DNA from: Acutalibacteraceae bacterium
GTDB taxonomy: Bacteria > Bacillota > Clostridia > Oscillospirales > Acutalibacteraceae
Length of the DNA: 51,696 nt
Assembly (NCBI GenBank): GCA_051877275.1
Contig: JBJEIS010000095.1
Location: forward strand, 1 to 51,696
Direction of reading: 5' to 3'
Position 1 is the stretch's first letter. Each line of letters begins with the position of its first letter. Shown here piece after piece: positions 38,203 to 47,121 of this stretch. The notes under the pieces were generated by a model. The model was not told the origin of the DNA and made no database searches. It saw only the letters and a program-made list of their open reading frames with translations. A program made the translations under genes and the position numbers.

Positions 38203-39558
38203 TTACAAAAGTGTAATATTATTTTTAAGGTAATCAAGCGTAACCTTATTTTCGGACTGTGCCTGAGTATTTACTTTTGCTGCATAAATATATTCATTAT
38301 CCGACTTTATTTTGGTGTATCCTCGATTATCCTTTTCAAAATCACTTTTCAAAAATACCCTTATTTTAAACAACATTTCGCCAAAGTTTTTATTGGTAAA
38401 ATCCCATTCATAAAAAATTCTTTCACGAATATCCAAATCTTTTTGAGCAGTGATTTTTCCAATCCACGAAGCAGGTGTGGCAATATAATAATTATCCGCC
38501 GTATTTAAAAATCCACAGGAACATCTATCACTGATTGTCTGACCGTTCATACTGTACCACTCGGAAAAATAAACCTTTTTATCAGGGTCTTCAACTGCAT
38601 CATATCCCTGACACACAAAGGTTTTGGGCAATTCGATTTTGCCGTCCTTATTAATATCCCTGCATCCGATAAGAGAATCGCGATAAGTAACTGTTGTGGA
38701 TTTTGATTCTGCATTATAAAATGTGGTTTTCAGCGTTTCATCATAATAAAAAACTTCTGTTATCATAGCACTGTCACTTACAAAAGCATCAACAAATATG
38801 CCGTTTTGATTATCGTTGATAGGAGCAGTCTTAATCTCAGAAAAAGAAACAATGCTGCTGTCAAAATCAACTGATCCTAAAGCAACCGCAACTGGGTCGC
38901 TTTCATAGCTGAAGCTTACAAGCTTTGCGTTAACAGTTCTTTTCATTATTCCGTCTTTGGTTTCCTGCGAAATATTTGTAGACTGGTCGGAAATTTTGAA
39001 AAACACAATTTGCGGTTTTACCGAAGCGCCAAGGTCAGCCACACAGTAATCGGTATATCTTTCCTGCGCTAATAATTTTACTTCGCTGTCTTCGTATTTA
39101 TAAACGCTGAGTTCCTGTTCATTATTATTAAAAAGCTTGCTTCCGACTAAAATTTCAACCGCCTCATCGCCGCAAACATCAGCAAACTCAATGCGGTCAA
39201 TACCGGTTCCCGAAAGCGAAACATCAAATTTTGAAATCCAATCATCATTTTTGTGCGTAAGTACATTCATATGAACTGTTATAGTCTGTTTTTCGGAAGT
39301 CTGATAAAAAACAACCGCCTCATCATTACCATCGTTATTTAAATCACGAATGATAATAGCGTTTCTGTAATTTCCGTTAGACGGATACGAAAGCTGGTAA
39401 TCAGCCTTGATTTTTGACAAAGCCTCTTCTATTTCAACAAGATTTCCCGATGATTTCGGAGGAGACATTAAAGAAGCCGGGCTTGAAAAAATACCCGTAC
39501 AACCCGAAAAGCTGAACATAATAAACAAAGACATTAACAATGCCGATAGCTTTTTCAT
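38203..39558 (-). CDS. Lipoprotein with FG-GAP/VCBS-like calcium-loop motifs
   Basis: Signal peptide with lipobox-like FSGC. Motifs DLNNDGNDE and DINKDGKIE. RBS GAAGGAGG. It lies 29 nt upstream of the response regulator gene. Confidence 0.65.
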   Translation of the reverse strand: MKKLSALLMSLFIMFSFSGCTGIFSSPASLMSPPKSSGNLVEIEEALSKIKADYQLSYPSNGNYRNAIIIRDLNNDGNDEAVVFYQTSEKQTITVHMNVLTHKNDDWISKFDVSLSGTGIDRIEFADVCGDEAVEILVGSKLFNNNEQELSVYKYEDSEVKLLAQERYTDYCVADLGASVKPQIVFFKISDQSTNISQETKDGIMKRTVNAKLVSFSYESDPVAVALGSVDFDSSIVSFSEIKTAPINDNQNGIFVDAFVSDSAMITEVFYYDETLKTTFYNAESKSTTVTYRDSLIGCRDINKDGKIELPKTFVCQGYDAVEDPDKKVYFSEWYSMNGQTISDRCSCGFLNTADNYYIATPASWIGKITAQKDLDIRERIFYEWDFTNKNFGEMLFKIRVFLKSDFEKDNRGYTKIKSDNEYIYAAKVNTQAQSENKVTLDYLKNNITLL

Positions 39559-39584
39559 ATGTCATTCCTCCTTCACAGTTATTT

Positions 39585-40643
39585 TTATGATAAATATTCT
39601 TCAAGCGAGCTGAATTTATAATCTCCGTTTTTAAGCAAATCAAAGTTTTTAAGTGCCGCCGCAGTACCTAAAGCGACACAGGTTTTAGGATTTTTAGGCG
39701 AAATAACTTTAACACCCGTATATTCCTCAATAAATTCCGGCAAGCCGTAAAGCATTGAACCGCCACCGATAAGAGTTATACCGTCTCTTTCAATATCGCC
39801 TACGATTTCAGGCGGTGATTTTTCAATAACCTCCTGAATAGATCGGCAAACGGTCATAGCCGCATCATAAAGAGCGGTAATCATTTCACTTGTGTTAATC
39901 TCAAAGGTTTGAGGCATTCCTGTAAACTGGTGTTGCCCTTTAGCAGTGAGAGTCAACTCAAGAGGTCTTGGCTTAACACAACCGATTTGTTTTTTTATAC
40001 TTTCAACCGTATGCGGCCCAACAATTACATTATGTTCAAATTTAATATATTTCTCTATCTCGCTGTTAAAGTAATCACCCGCAACTCTTATAGACTCATT
40101 TTTAACAAGTCCGCCCATTGACAAGGTGGCAATATCAGTTGTACCGGCGCCGACGTCAACAATAACCGAGCCTTTAGGAGTTGTAAAATCAAGACCTAAT
40201 CCGATAGCAGCGGCAACAGGACCCTCCAAAGTGCAAACATCTCTCGCTCCGGCTTCAACGCAAGCGTTTACAAGCGAACGGCGCTGCATAGAGGTGATAC
40301 CGCTCGGAACCGAAACCATAAGTCTTGCTTTAAAAAGATTGTTTCCCGCAACCTCAGAAATAAAAGCGGTAAGCATATTTTGAGCCATATCATAGTCGGC
40401 AATTACACCTTCGATAATCGGGCGAACCGCCGTAACCGAATCAGGCGTTCTGCCTATCATTTTATAAGCATCGGTGCCTGCGGCAATAAGCTCATTTGTA
40501 TATGTTTGATAAGATATAGCTGAATGTTCATCAAGTACAATAGACTTGCCTGAACAGATAATCGTTTTCAAGGAGCCAAGGTCAATACCATAGCCGTTTG
40601 CCATATTTCCACACGCTCTTTTCAAGTAAGTATTTTTATCCAT
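39585..40643 (-). CDS. mreB: Rod-shape-determining actin homologue MreB/Mbl
   Basis: Actin-fold phosphate loops GIDLGS and VDVGAGTTD, plus IGGGS. The true start may be the Met at 40604. Confidence 0.88.
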   Translation of the reverse strand: MDKNTYLKRACGNMANGYGIDLGSLKTIICSGKSIVLDEHSAISYQTYTNELIAAGTDAYKMIGRTPDSVTAVRPIIEGVIADYDMAQNMLTAFISEVAGNNLFKARLMVSVPSGITSMQRRSLVNACVEAGARDVCTLEGPVAAAIGLGLDFTTPKGSVIVDVGAGTTDIATLSMGGLVKNESIRVAGDYFNSEIEKYIKFEHNVIVGPHTVESIKKQIGCVKPRPLELTLTAKGQHQFTGMPQTFEINTSEMITALYDAAMTVCRSIQEVIEKSPPEIVGDIERDGITLIGGGSMLYGLPEFIEEYTGVKVISPKNPKTCVALGTAAALKNFDLLKNGDYKFSSLEEYLS

Positions 40644-40786
40644 AATAACATATAAATATATATGATATATTATATTACAACTTGTCTGATATTACAAGCC
40701 TTTTCTTGTTCACCGACAGTTAAATTTACAGAAAATTTGCAACTTTTTAATTTACTTTAAACACTGCAATGCACAATCTGGCAAAA

Positions 40787-40824
40787 TTAAAAGGAATGAC
40801 TTTTAAAAAAATCATTCCTTTTAA
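40787..40824 (-). terminator. Intrinsic terminator of the VanW gene
   Basis: Stem AAGGAATGA / TCATTCCTT with a T-rich tail on the minus strand. Confidence 0.7.
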
Positions 40825-40826
40825 AA

Positions 40827-42578
40827 TCAATATGTTGAACTTGTTCTGTAATTTACTGTTTTTCCTACAGAACGGGTAAGCGTATAAGTATTACCCGACT
40901 GCGAAACCTTAAGCGATACCTTCTTAGGACTTGAATTGCTATTTGTAAGAAGCTTTATTTCAATTTTTGAATCATTGTAAACCTTTGCGCTGATTTTTAT
41001 ATTTTCCGAAAGTGAATTTTTAAACTTCAAATCAACCGAAGGCCATGAAATTGCAGCGTCTCTTCCCGCAGGCACATAGTGAACCTTCATAGTATGCTGG
41101 TATCTTGAAACAATAGGCAGATTAGCCAAAAGCGCAGCATTGAAAATTGTTGTTGAAACCTGGCAAACACCGCCGCCTAAACCCTGTTCAACCGATTGTC
41201 CCGAATAAACTGTGGCCTCTTTAAAACCTCTTGCAGCAGTTCTTTGACCTACTGTTGAATTAAACGAGAAAACCTCGCCCGGTTTTAAAATCTTACCGTC
41301 TATATACTTGCAGGCAACCTTAATGTTCGTTGTTCTTCCGGCAGGACTGTTAAATGTAGTCGAATAAGATGAATAAACATTCGAGAATTGTGTTGTTTTA
41401 ACTTCAGACCAATCTCCGTAAATCTTTTTGCCGTTTGATATCTTATAAGCACGAACTTTATAATAATACTGGGTTTTTGAGCTTAATTTAATTTTTTTGG
41501 AGGTTGTTTTTGAAGAAGTAATTTCAATTACTTTTTTACTCTTTTTAAATGCGCTGTCTTTGGCATATTTAATCTGATAACCGCTTGCGCTTACCTTTTC
41601 CCATTTAAAAGTATAATATTTGCCTTTATAATAAGATGATTTTAAAACAACCTGTTCAGGTCGGGTAGTAACGCTTTTACCCGCGCTTGCATCACCCATT
41701 ACATATTTACTACCGACTTTTTTATAAGCCTTTACCATATATGTATAGCTTGTACCCGGCGTACGTCCGCTGACATCAAAATATGTATTCTTTGTAGTTA
41801 CGGCATAATCATAATCTTTTTTTGAAGAATTATATCTGTAAATACGGTAGCCGTCAATATTTCCCGAAACCTTATTCCAAGAAAGTCTGAAAGTTTTATC
41901 TTTTACCTGACTAATTTTAAGGCCCTTTACAACAGCAGGATGAATATAAAAACTCTTACTGTATGTACCTTTAAAATTGCCTATACCCTTTGCAGTAACT
42001 GTAGCAATACCGATTTTAACATTATTTTTGTATTTAAGAGTATAATCTCTGCCGAGCTTTGCTTTAAAGGTTGAATTAGAAAACAACAATGTAGGTGTTT
42101 TTGCTTTGCCCGAATATACATAATCAGTTGTTGATAATGACTTATTTTTAAAAGAGCTTATGGTCTTTTTATTTATTTTAAAGGTCTTTGTCACACTACC
42201 GCTTAAAGTGGTGCTGTTTTTAGCCGCAGAAACAATAACTTTAGCAGTACCGACATTTATATTATTCTGATATGTTACTGCATAATCTTTATTTAATACA
42301 AATTTTCTGCTTCCCTGGCTTACGGTAACAGCCGGAGTTCTTGCCTCACCGCTAAAAGTATACTCTGTTTTACCTAAAGTAACGGTACAAGCACTTAAAG
42401 CCACCGCCTTAACCGTAGTGGTAGGCGCGGCGGTTGTTGTAGGAACCGTTGTTGGTACGATTGTAGTTGTAGGTGCAGTAGTTGATGAAGGAACAGTTGT
42501 ATCCTCAGCCAAAGCACCGAATGATAATGAAAAAAGCAATGCTAAAGCCAAAAAAACGGCCGACAGCTTTTTATTCAT
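40827..42578 (-). CDS. Secreted VanW-domain protein with Ig-like and Fn3-like repeats
   Basis: Signal peptide and a Thr/Pro linker. Two Ig-like repeats follow (YTFSGEARTPAV...DYAVTYQNNINVGTA). Then come two Fn3-like modules and a C-terminal VanW block GGGVCQVSTTIFNAAL. Confidence 0.8.
   Translation of the reverse strand: MNKKLSAVFLALALLFSLSFGALAEDTTVPSSTTAPTTTIVPTTVPTTTAAPTTTVKAVALSACTVTLGKTEYTFSGEARTPAVTVSQGSRKFVLNKDYAVTYQNNINVGTAKVIVSAAKNSTTLSGSVTKTFKINKKTISSFKNKSLSTTDYVYSGKAKTPTLLFSNSTFKAKLGRDYTLKYKNNVKIGIATVTAKGIGNFKGTYSKSFYIHPAVVKGLKISQVKDKTFRLSWNKVSGNIDGYRIYRYNSSKKDYDYAVTTKNTYFDVSGRTPGTSYTYMVKAYKKVGSKYVMGDASAGKSVTTRPEQVVLKSSYYKGKYYTFKWEKVSASGYQIKYAKDSAFKKSKKVIEITSSKTTSKKIKLSSKTQYYYKVRAYKISNGKKIYGDWSEVKTTQFSNVYSSYSTTFNSPAGRTTNIKVACKYIDGKILKPGEVFSFNSTVGQRTAARGFKEATVYSGQSVEQGLGGGVCQVSTTIFNAALLANLPIVSRYQHTMKVHYVPAGRDAAISWPSVDLKFKNSLSENIKISAKVYNDSKIEIKLLTNSNSSPKKVSLKVSQSGNTYTLTRSVGKTVNYRTSSTY
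41391..41942 (-). repeat. Two Fn3-like modules of the same type as in the GH25 gene
   Basis: Pattern W-N-K-V-S-G-x-x-x-G-Y-R-I-Y-R ... Y-T-Y-M-V-K-A-Y, then W-E-K-V-S-A-S-G-Y-Q-I-K-Y ... Y-Y-Y-K-V-R-A-Y. Confidence 0.65.
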
Positions 42579-42697
42579 ATTGACACCTTCCTAAATTTTT
42601 AATAGTATTAAATATTTTACAATATTTTTTTACTCTTTTCAACTATAAATGCCAAAAAAATGTTTACAATAATGTAATTATATCGGTATTTTAAATA

Positions 42698-42726
42698 TTG
42701 ACATTGCAGATTATTGATGATAAACT
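42698..42726 (+). promoter_or_regulatory. Sigma-A type promoter of the CotH-like gene
   Basis: TTGACA (42698-42703), a 17-nt spacer, then TAAACT (42721-42726). Confidence 0.45.
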
Positions 42727-42761
42727 AATTCATATAATTATATTCACTCGGAGTTTAAATA

Positions 42762-44273
42762 ATGAATAATAATTTTTTATCTAAAAATCCAAAATCGCTC
42801 AAGCGAAAAACCAATATTATTTTAATGATTTTAACCGCGGTTGTTTTACTTATTGTAATCGCCGGGTTCATATTGTTTAAAACATATCATATTTATGAAA
42901 CAAAAGTAGTTGCCGCCGATTGCGAAAAGCAAGGTTACACAGAATCTGTGTGTATTTTTTGCAAAGAAATAAAAAGAACCGATTTTACACCTGCACTCGG
43001 ACACGAATGGGGCGAAATAAAAGAAAAAAACAAGCCTACAAAGCTCGATTTCGGCGAAGCTTCACAAACTTGTTTAAGATGTAAAAAAGAAGTTATTACA
43101 AAGATTGAGCCGACCTCAAAAATGAAAAAATTCTATTTTTCAGGCGACCCCTTTGATGTAGATAACAGTCGAACTGCATCAGGCATGATTACATATTCAT
43201 ACAACGGCAATAACGAAACAAAATATGTCAAACTTAAGTATGATGACAAGTCAACCTCAAAATATATAAAACACGACTATACGGTTAAATTTTTTGAAGA
43301 CGATCATTTTTCACAGAATTCAAAAATCAAGCTGATGGATGGTGTTCCTGCCAACAGCGAATGGGGTATTTACGGAAACTACTACGATATATATAATCTG
43401 CGTGATACTGTTACAACCGAGTTATTCTGTCAAGCAAGAAAATCCTCAAAGTCTATTGATAAAAGGCTAAAAGACAATTATGTTACTTCAAAAACAGAGC
43501 CTGTGCTGTTTTATATCAACGATACTTTTGTAGGCGTTTTCAGACTAATTGAGCCTGCCGGCACAACCACAATGAATGTCAAAAAGAATAGCAAAAAGTG
43601 TGCTGTTGTCAGAGCTAAAACCACCAATGAGCAAAGCTGTTTTAAATCACAAACCAAAAAAGGTGGCGCTTGGGAGGTAAAATATAATTATACAGATGAT
43701 GATACATGGGTTTATGACTCGCTTAATGAATTGATAAAATTTGTTTCTGAAAAAGACGGAAAAGAGTTTAAAAAAGGCATTTCACAGTATCTTGATGTAG
43801 ACGGTATGATTGACTATATGCTTACCGTTTATCTAACGGGAGCTGCCGATAATGTTTCAAGAGCATTGACCTTAGCTACCTATGACGGCAAGGTATGGAC
43901 GCCGAGCGTTTATGATATAAATCTTTCGCTCGGTATGAACAACCGAGGTGAAATAACCAATCTTGAAACAATTCTTTCTCCAAGCAAAAGCAGCGAAGGA
44001 ATAGAATCGGATACAAACTCTGTTCTGTGGCAGAAAATGTTAGAGAACTTTTACGGTAAATTCAAAAAAAGATACAAAACATTGATTAAGAAAGTTTTCA
44101 CCGCAGATAATATTTATAAAAAGTTTGAAAAGCATTTTAACGAAATTCCTAAAATTGCTGTGGAAAAAGAAAAAGAAGTTTATACGGCAGTTGATACAAA
44201 GACCGATTTAAAACAATCGCTCAAAGAGTTTATTGCTGCAAGAAAAAGCGTTTTTGATATATTTTTCAAATAA
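42762..44273 (+). CDS. Membrane-anchored CotH-family (atypical kinase-like) protein with an N-terminal Cys-rich module
   Basis: One TM helix (ILMILTAVVLLIVIAGFILF). The Cys module is C-x9-C-x2-C ... ALGHEW ... C-x2-C. The CotH-like body includes YYDIYNLRD and VWTPSVYDINLSLG. The family call is from memory of CotH patterns. Confidence 0.55.
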   Translation: MNNNFLSKNPKSLKRKTNIILMILTAVVLLIVIAGFILFKTYHIYETKVVAADCEKQGYTESVCIFCKEIKRTDFTPALGHEWGEIKEKNKPTKLDFGEASQTCLRCKKEVITKIEPTSKMKKFYFSGDPFDVDNSRTASGMITYSYNGNNETKYVKLKYDDKSTSKYIKHDYTVKFFEDDHFSQNSKIKLMDGVPANSEWGIYGNYYDIYNLRDTVTTELFCQARKSSKSIDKRLKDNYVTSKTEPVLFYINDTFVGVFRLIEPAGTTTMNVKKNSKKCAVVRAKTTNEQSCFKSQTKKGGAWEVKYNYTDDDTWVYDSLNELIKFVSEKDGKEFKKGISQYLDVDGMIDYMLTVYLTGAADNVSRALTLATYDGKVWTPSVYDINLSLGMNNRGEITNLETILSPSKSSEGIESDTNSVLWQKMLENFYGKFKKRYKTLIKKVFTADNIYKKFEKHFNEIPKIAVEKEKEVYTAVDTKTDLKQSLKEFIAARKSVFDIFFK

Positions 44274-44275
44274 CT

Positions 44276-44316
44276 TTAACCCCCGACTGAAATTCACAGT
44301 CGGGGGTTATTTTTGT
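44276..44316 (+). terminator. Intrinsic terminator of the CotH-like gene
   Basis: 12-bp stem AACCCCCGACTG / CAGTCGGGGGTT followed by ATTTTTG. Confidence 0.8.
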
Positions 44317-44332
44317 GATTAAGAATAAACAA

Positions 44333-44518
44333 CTATTTATTATTCTGATTGCTTGAGTGGCATTCGCCGCTCATAGGGCAAGATGAACAATTGCAGCCGC
44401 AAGAAGTTTTACCTTGCTTTTTGCTTTTTCGCATATACATAACTATCAAAAAAATGATTAATAGCAAAATTAATGAAACAATAATTGTACCAAGGTTTGA
44501 GCTAATCCAATCAAGCAT
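44333..44518 (-). CDS. FeoB-associated Cys-rich small membrane protein
   Basis: 61 aa. One TM helix, then SCGCNCSSCPMSGEC. It lies 9 nt downstream of feoB. Confidence 0.75.
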   Translation of the reverse strand: MLDWISSNLGTIIVSLILLLIIFLIVMYMRKSKKQGKTSCGCNCSSCPMSGECHSSNQNNK

Positions 44519-44527
44519 ATTTTTCTC

Positions 44528-46642
44528 CTATTTTTGAAGAGGCGAACATTCTTTTTTAGGTCTGAAAATCATATAAACCAAAGCCGCAGTCAACACAACT
44601 GCAACACCTACTCCTATCGGATTTGCATTTTGGCTGAACATCATTCCGAATTGATAAACTATAAGTGAAATTACATAAGCAAACAATGTCTGGTAACCGA
44701 TAGCAAATAATGTCCATTTTGCCGACTTCATTTCGCTTTTGATAGCGCCCATCGCCGCAACGCAAGGCGCACACAAAAGATTGAAAAGCATAAACGAATA
44801 TGAAGCCAAAGGAGTAAGCAAGGTATCTATATTCCCCAAAACGCCAAATGTGTTAACAACATTTTCTTTCGCAATAAGTCCGGTTATACTAGCAACTGCA
44901 CTTTGCCAATTGCCGAATCCGAGCGGTATAAACAACCAAGCAATAAATCTGCCTATCGTTGCTAAAATCGAATTATCAGTATTTTGCACCATTGTGAAAA
45001 CATTGTTTTCAAATCCGAAGCTTTGCAAAAACCAAAGCAAAACTGCCGAAAGCAAAATAATTGTTCCAGCTTTTTTGATAAACGACCAGCCGCGCTCCCA
45101 CATTGAGCGCAAAACGTTTGAAACCGTAGGCATATGATAAGCAGGCAATTCCATCACAAACGGAGATTCATCGCCCGAAAACAGTTTGGTCTTTTTAAGC
45201 ATTATTCCCGAAACAATAATAGCCGCAATACCTATAAAATAAGCGCTCGGCGCAATCCACCATGCACCGCCGAAAAGTGTTGAAGCAATCATAGCAATTA
45301 TCGGTACTTTAGCGCCGCAAGGAATGAAAGTTGTAGTAATAATTGTCATTCGGCGTTCGCTTTCGTTTTCAATTGTTCTTGAAGCCATAATTCCGGGAAC
45401 ACCACAGCCTGTACCAATTAATATAGGAATGAAAGATTTACCCGAAAGACCGAATTTTCTGAAAATTTTATCAAGAACAAAAGCAATTCTCGACATATAT
45501 CCGCAAGCCTCTAAAAAGGCTAAAAATAAAAACAGCAGTAAAATTTGCGGAACAAATCCGAGAACCGAACCTACACCGCCCAATATTCCGTCTAAAATAA
45601 GACTTTGCAGCCAGCCGGCACAATTCAGCGCATTCAGCCCGCTTTCAACAAGTGCAGGAATGCCCGGCACAAAAATGCCGAAAAAGTTAAATCCTTCACC
45701 AAAAATACCATTGTTCACAAAATTGGTGAGAGTAGCTCCGATAGATGAAATTGAAATGTAATAAACCAAAAACATAATTGCCACAAAAATCGGCAACGCC
45801 AAAAATCGATTCGTAACAACTCTGTCAATCTTATCAGAAGCAGTAAGCCCGCGGTTTTTACGCTTGTAGCAGTCCTGTAAAACTGCGGTTATGTAATTAT
45901 ATCGCTCATTTGTAATAATGCTTTCGGAATCATCCTCAAGCGCCTCTTCTGCGAATTTTATATCCTGCTCAATATGGTTTAAAGTATTTCTCGGAATCTT
46001 TAAAGTTTCAAGCGCTATGCTGTCACGCTCAAAAATTTTAATCGCGTACCAACGCTGCTGTTCAAGCGGCATATCGTGTAGAGCCGCCTCCTCTATATGT
46101 GCAATTGCATGCTCAACTTCGCCTGAAAACGCATGAACAGGTACAAGCTTGCCCTTATTTGCGACCTCAATCGCAATTTCAGCGGCTTCTTCAATTCCTG
46201 TGCCTTTTAAAGCTGAAATCTCAACAATTTCACAACGAAGTTTTTTTGAAAGCATTTCAATATCAATTCTGTCGCCGTTCTTTTTAACAACATCCATCAT
46301 ATTAATGGCAATTACCACAGGAATACCTATTTCAATAAGCTGTGTTGTTAAATATAAATTTCTCTCAAGGTTTGTTCCGTCAATAATATTTAAAATAGCG
46401 TCAGGACGCTCATTTATAAGATAGTTTCTTGCAACAACTTCTTCCAATGTATATGGCGAAAGCGAGTAAATTCCCGGCAAATCGGTAAAAATCACATTTT
46501 CATGCAATTTAGATTTACCCTCTTTTTTCTCAACAGTTACACCGGGCCAGTTGCCGACATACTGATTTGAGCCTGTAAGCAAATTAAAAAGTGTGGTTTT
46601 ACCGCAGTTAGGATTGCCCGCAAGCGCGATTTTCAATTCCAT
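44528..46642 (-). CDS. feoB: Ferrous iron transporter FeoB
   Basis: N-terminal G-domain GNPNCGKTT and DLPGIYS, plus a polytopic permease domain. Length is 704 aa. Confidence 0.93.
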   Translation of the reverse strand: MELKIALAGNPNCGKTTLFNLLTGSNQYVGNWPGVTVEKKEGKSKLHENVIFTDLPGIYSLSPYTLEEVVARNYLINERPDAILNIIDGTNLERNLYLTTQLIEIGIPVVIAINMMDVVKKNGDRIDIEMLSKKLRCEIVEISALKGTGIEEAAEIAIEVANKGKLVPVHAFSGEVEHAIAHIEEAALHDMPLEQQRWYAIKIFERDSIALETLKIPRNTLNHIEQDIKFAEEALEDDSESIITNERYNYITAVLQDCYKRKNRGLTASDKIDRVVTNRFLALPIFVAIMFLVYYISISSIGATLTNFVNNGIFGEGFNFFGIFVPGIPALVESGLNALNCAGWLQSLILDGILGGVGSVLGFVPQILLLFLFLAFLEACGYMSRIAFVLDKIFRKFGLSGKSFIPILIGTGCGVPGIMASRTIENESERRMTIITTTFIPCGAKVPIIAMIASTLFGGAWWIAPSAYFIGIAAIIVSGIMLKKTKLFSGDESPFVMELPAYHMPTVSNVLRSMWERGWSFIKKAGTIILLSAVLLWFLQSFGFENNVFTMVQNTDNSILATIGRFIAWLFIPLGFGNWQSAVASITGLIAKENVVNTFGVLGNIDTLLTPLASYSFMLFNLLCAPCVAAMGAIKSEMKSAKWTLFAIGYQTLFAYVISLIVYQFGMMFSQNANPIGVGVAVVLTAALVYMIFRPKKECSPLQK

Positions 46643-46725
46643 TCTCTGTCCTCTTTCCCCTGATTAATTCAAATCCAATCAAACAATAAAAATCAGAGTT
46701 TATAATCTCGTAACTTAATAAAATC

Positions 46726-46947
46726 TTATTCTACTTCAATAAGCTCGGCGTCTGCTTTTCTTAAAGATAGCTCATATCCGCGTACTGTAAGCTCTAACGG
46801 ATCACCAAGCGGAGCAACCTTACGAACTGTGATTTCAACGCCTTTGGTAATACCCATATCCATTATTCTGCGCCTGATTGCGCCTTCGCTATGAAGCTTA
46901 ACAACCTTTGCGGATTTTCCTACTTTTACATCTTTCAAAGTTTTCAT
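46726..46947 (-). CDS. feoA: Ferrous iron transport protein FeoA
   Basis: SH3-like FeoA block RRIMDMGITKGVEITV. I prefer the start at MKTLKDV. The track start is 46965. Confidence 0.85.
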   Translation of the reverse strand: MKTLKDVKVGKSAKVVKLHSEGAIRRRIMDMGITKGVEITVRKVAPLGDPLELTVRGYELSLRKADAELIEVE

Positions 46948-46977
46948 AAAACAAACGCCCTCCATCGAAAACTTGAT

Positions 46978-47003
46978 AATAAGTTAGTCTTAACTAACTT
47001 ATT
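46978..47003. promoter_or_regulatory. Perfect palindromic operator over the feoA transcription start region
   Basis: AATAAGTTAGT-CTTA-ACTAACTTATT, with 11-bp perfect arms. It lies immediately downstream of the -10 of the feoA promoter. Confidence 0.6.
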
Positions 47004-47008
47004 AAAAA

Positions 47009-47036
47009 ATTATACCACTAAATACTGTTTTGTCAA
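47009..47036 (-). promoter_or_regulatory. Consensus sigma-A promoter of feoAB
   Basis: Minus strand reads TTGACA (47036-47031), a 16-nt spacer, then TATAAT (47014-47009). Confidence 0.65.
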
Positions 47037-47121
47037 GTTTTTCAAATATATTAAATAAAATTTACACTATATAAAATATTATTATTTTTAAAGCTTGGCA
47101 GAACCAAAAAAATTAAAATAT

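Noticed and set aside
46643-46725. The 83-nt feoA-feoB spacer, considered as a possible regulatory RNA.
   Set aside because: It contains only a 6-bp CTGATT/AATCAG pairing and a normal RBS (GGGGAAAGAGGA). There is no convincing structure or conserved motif.
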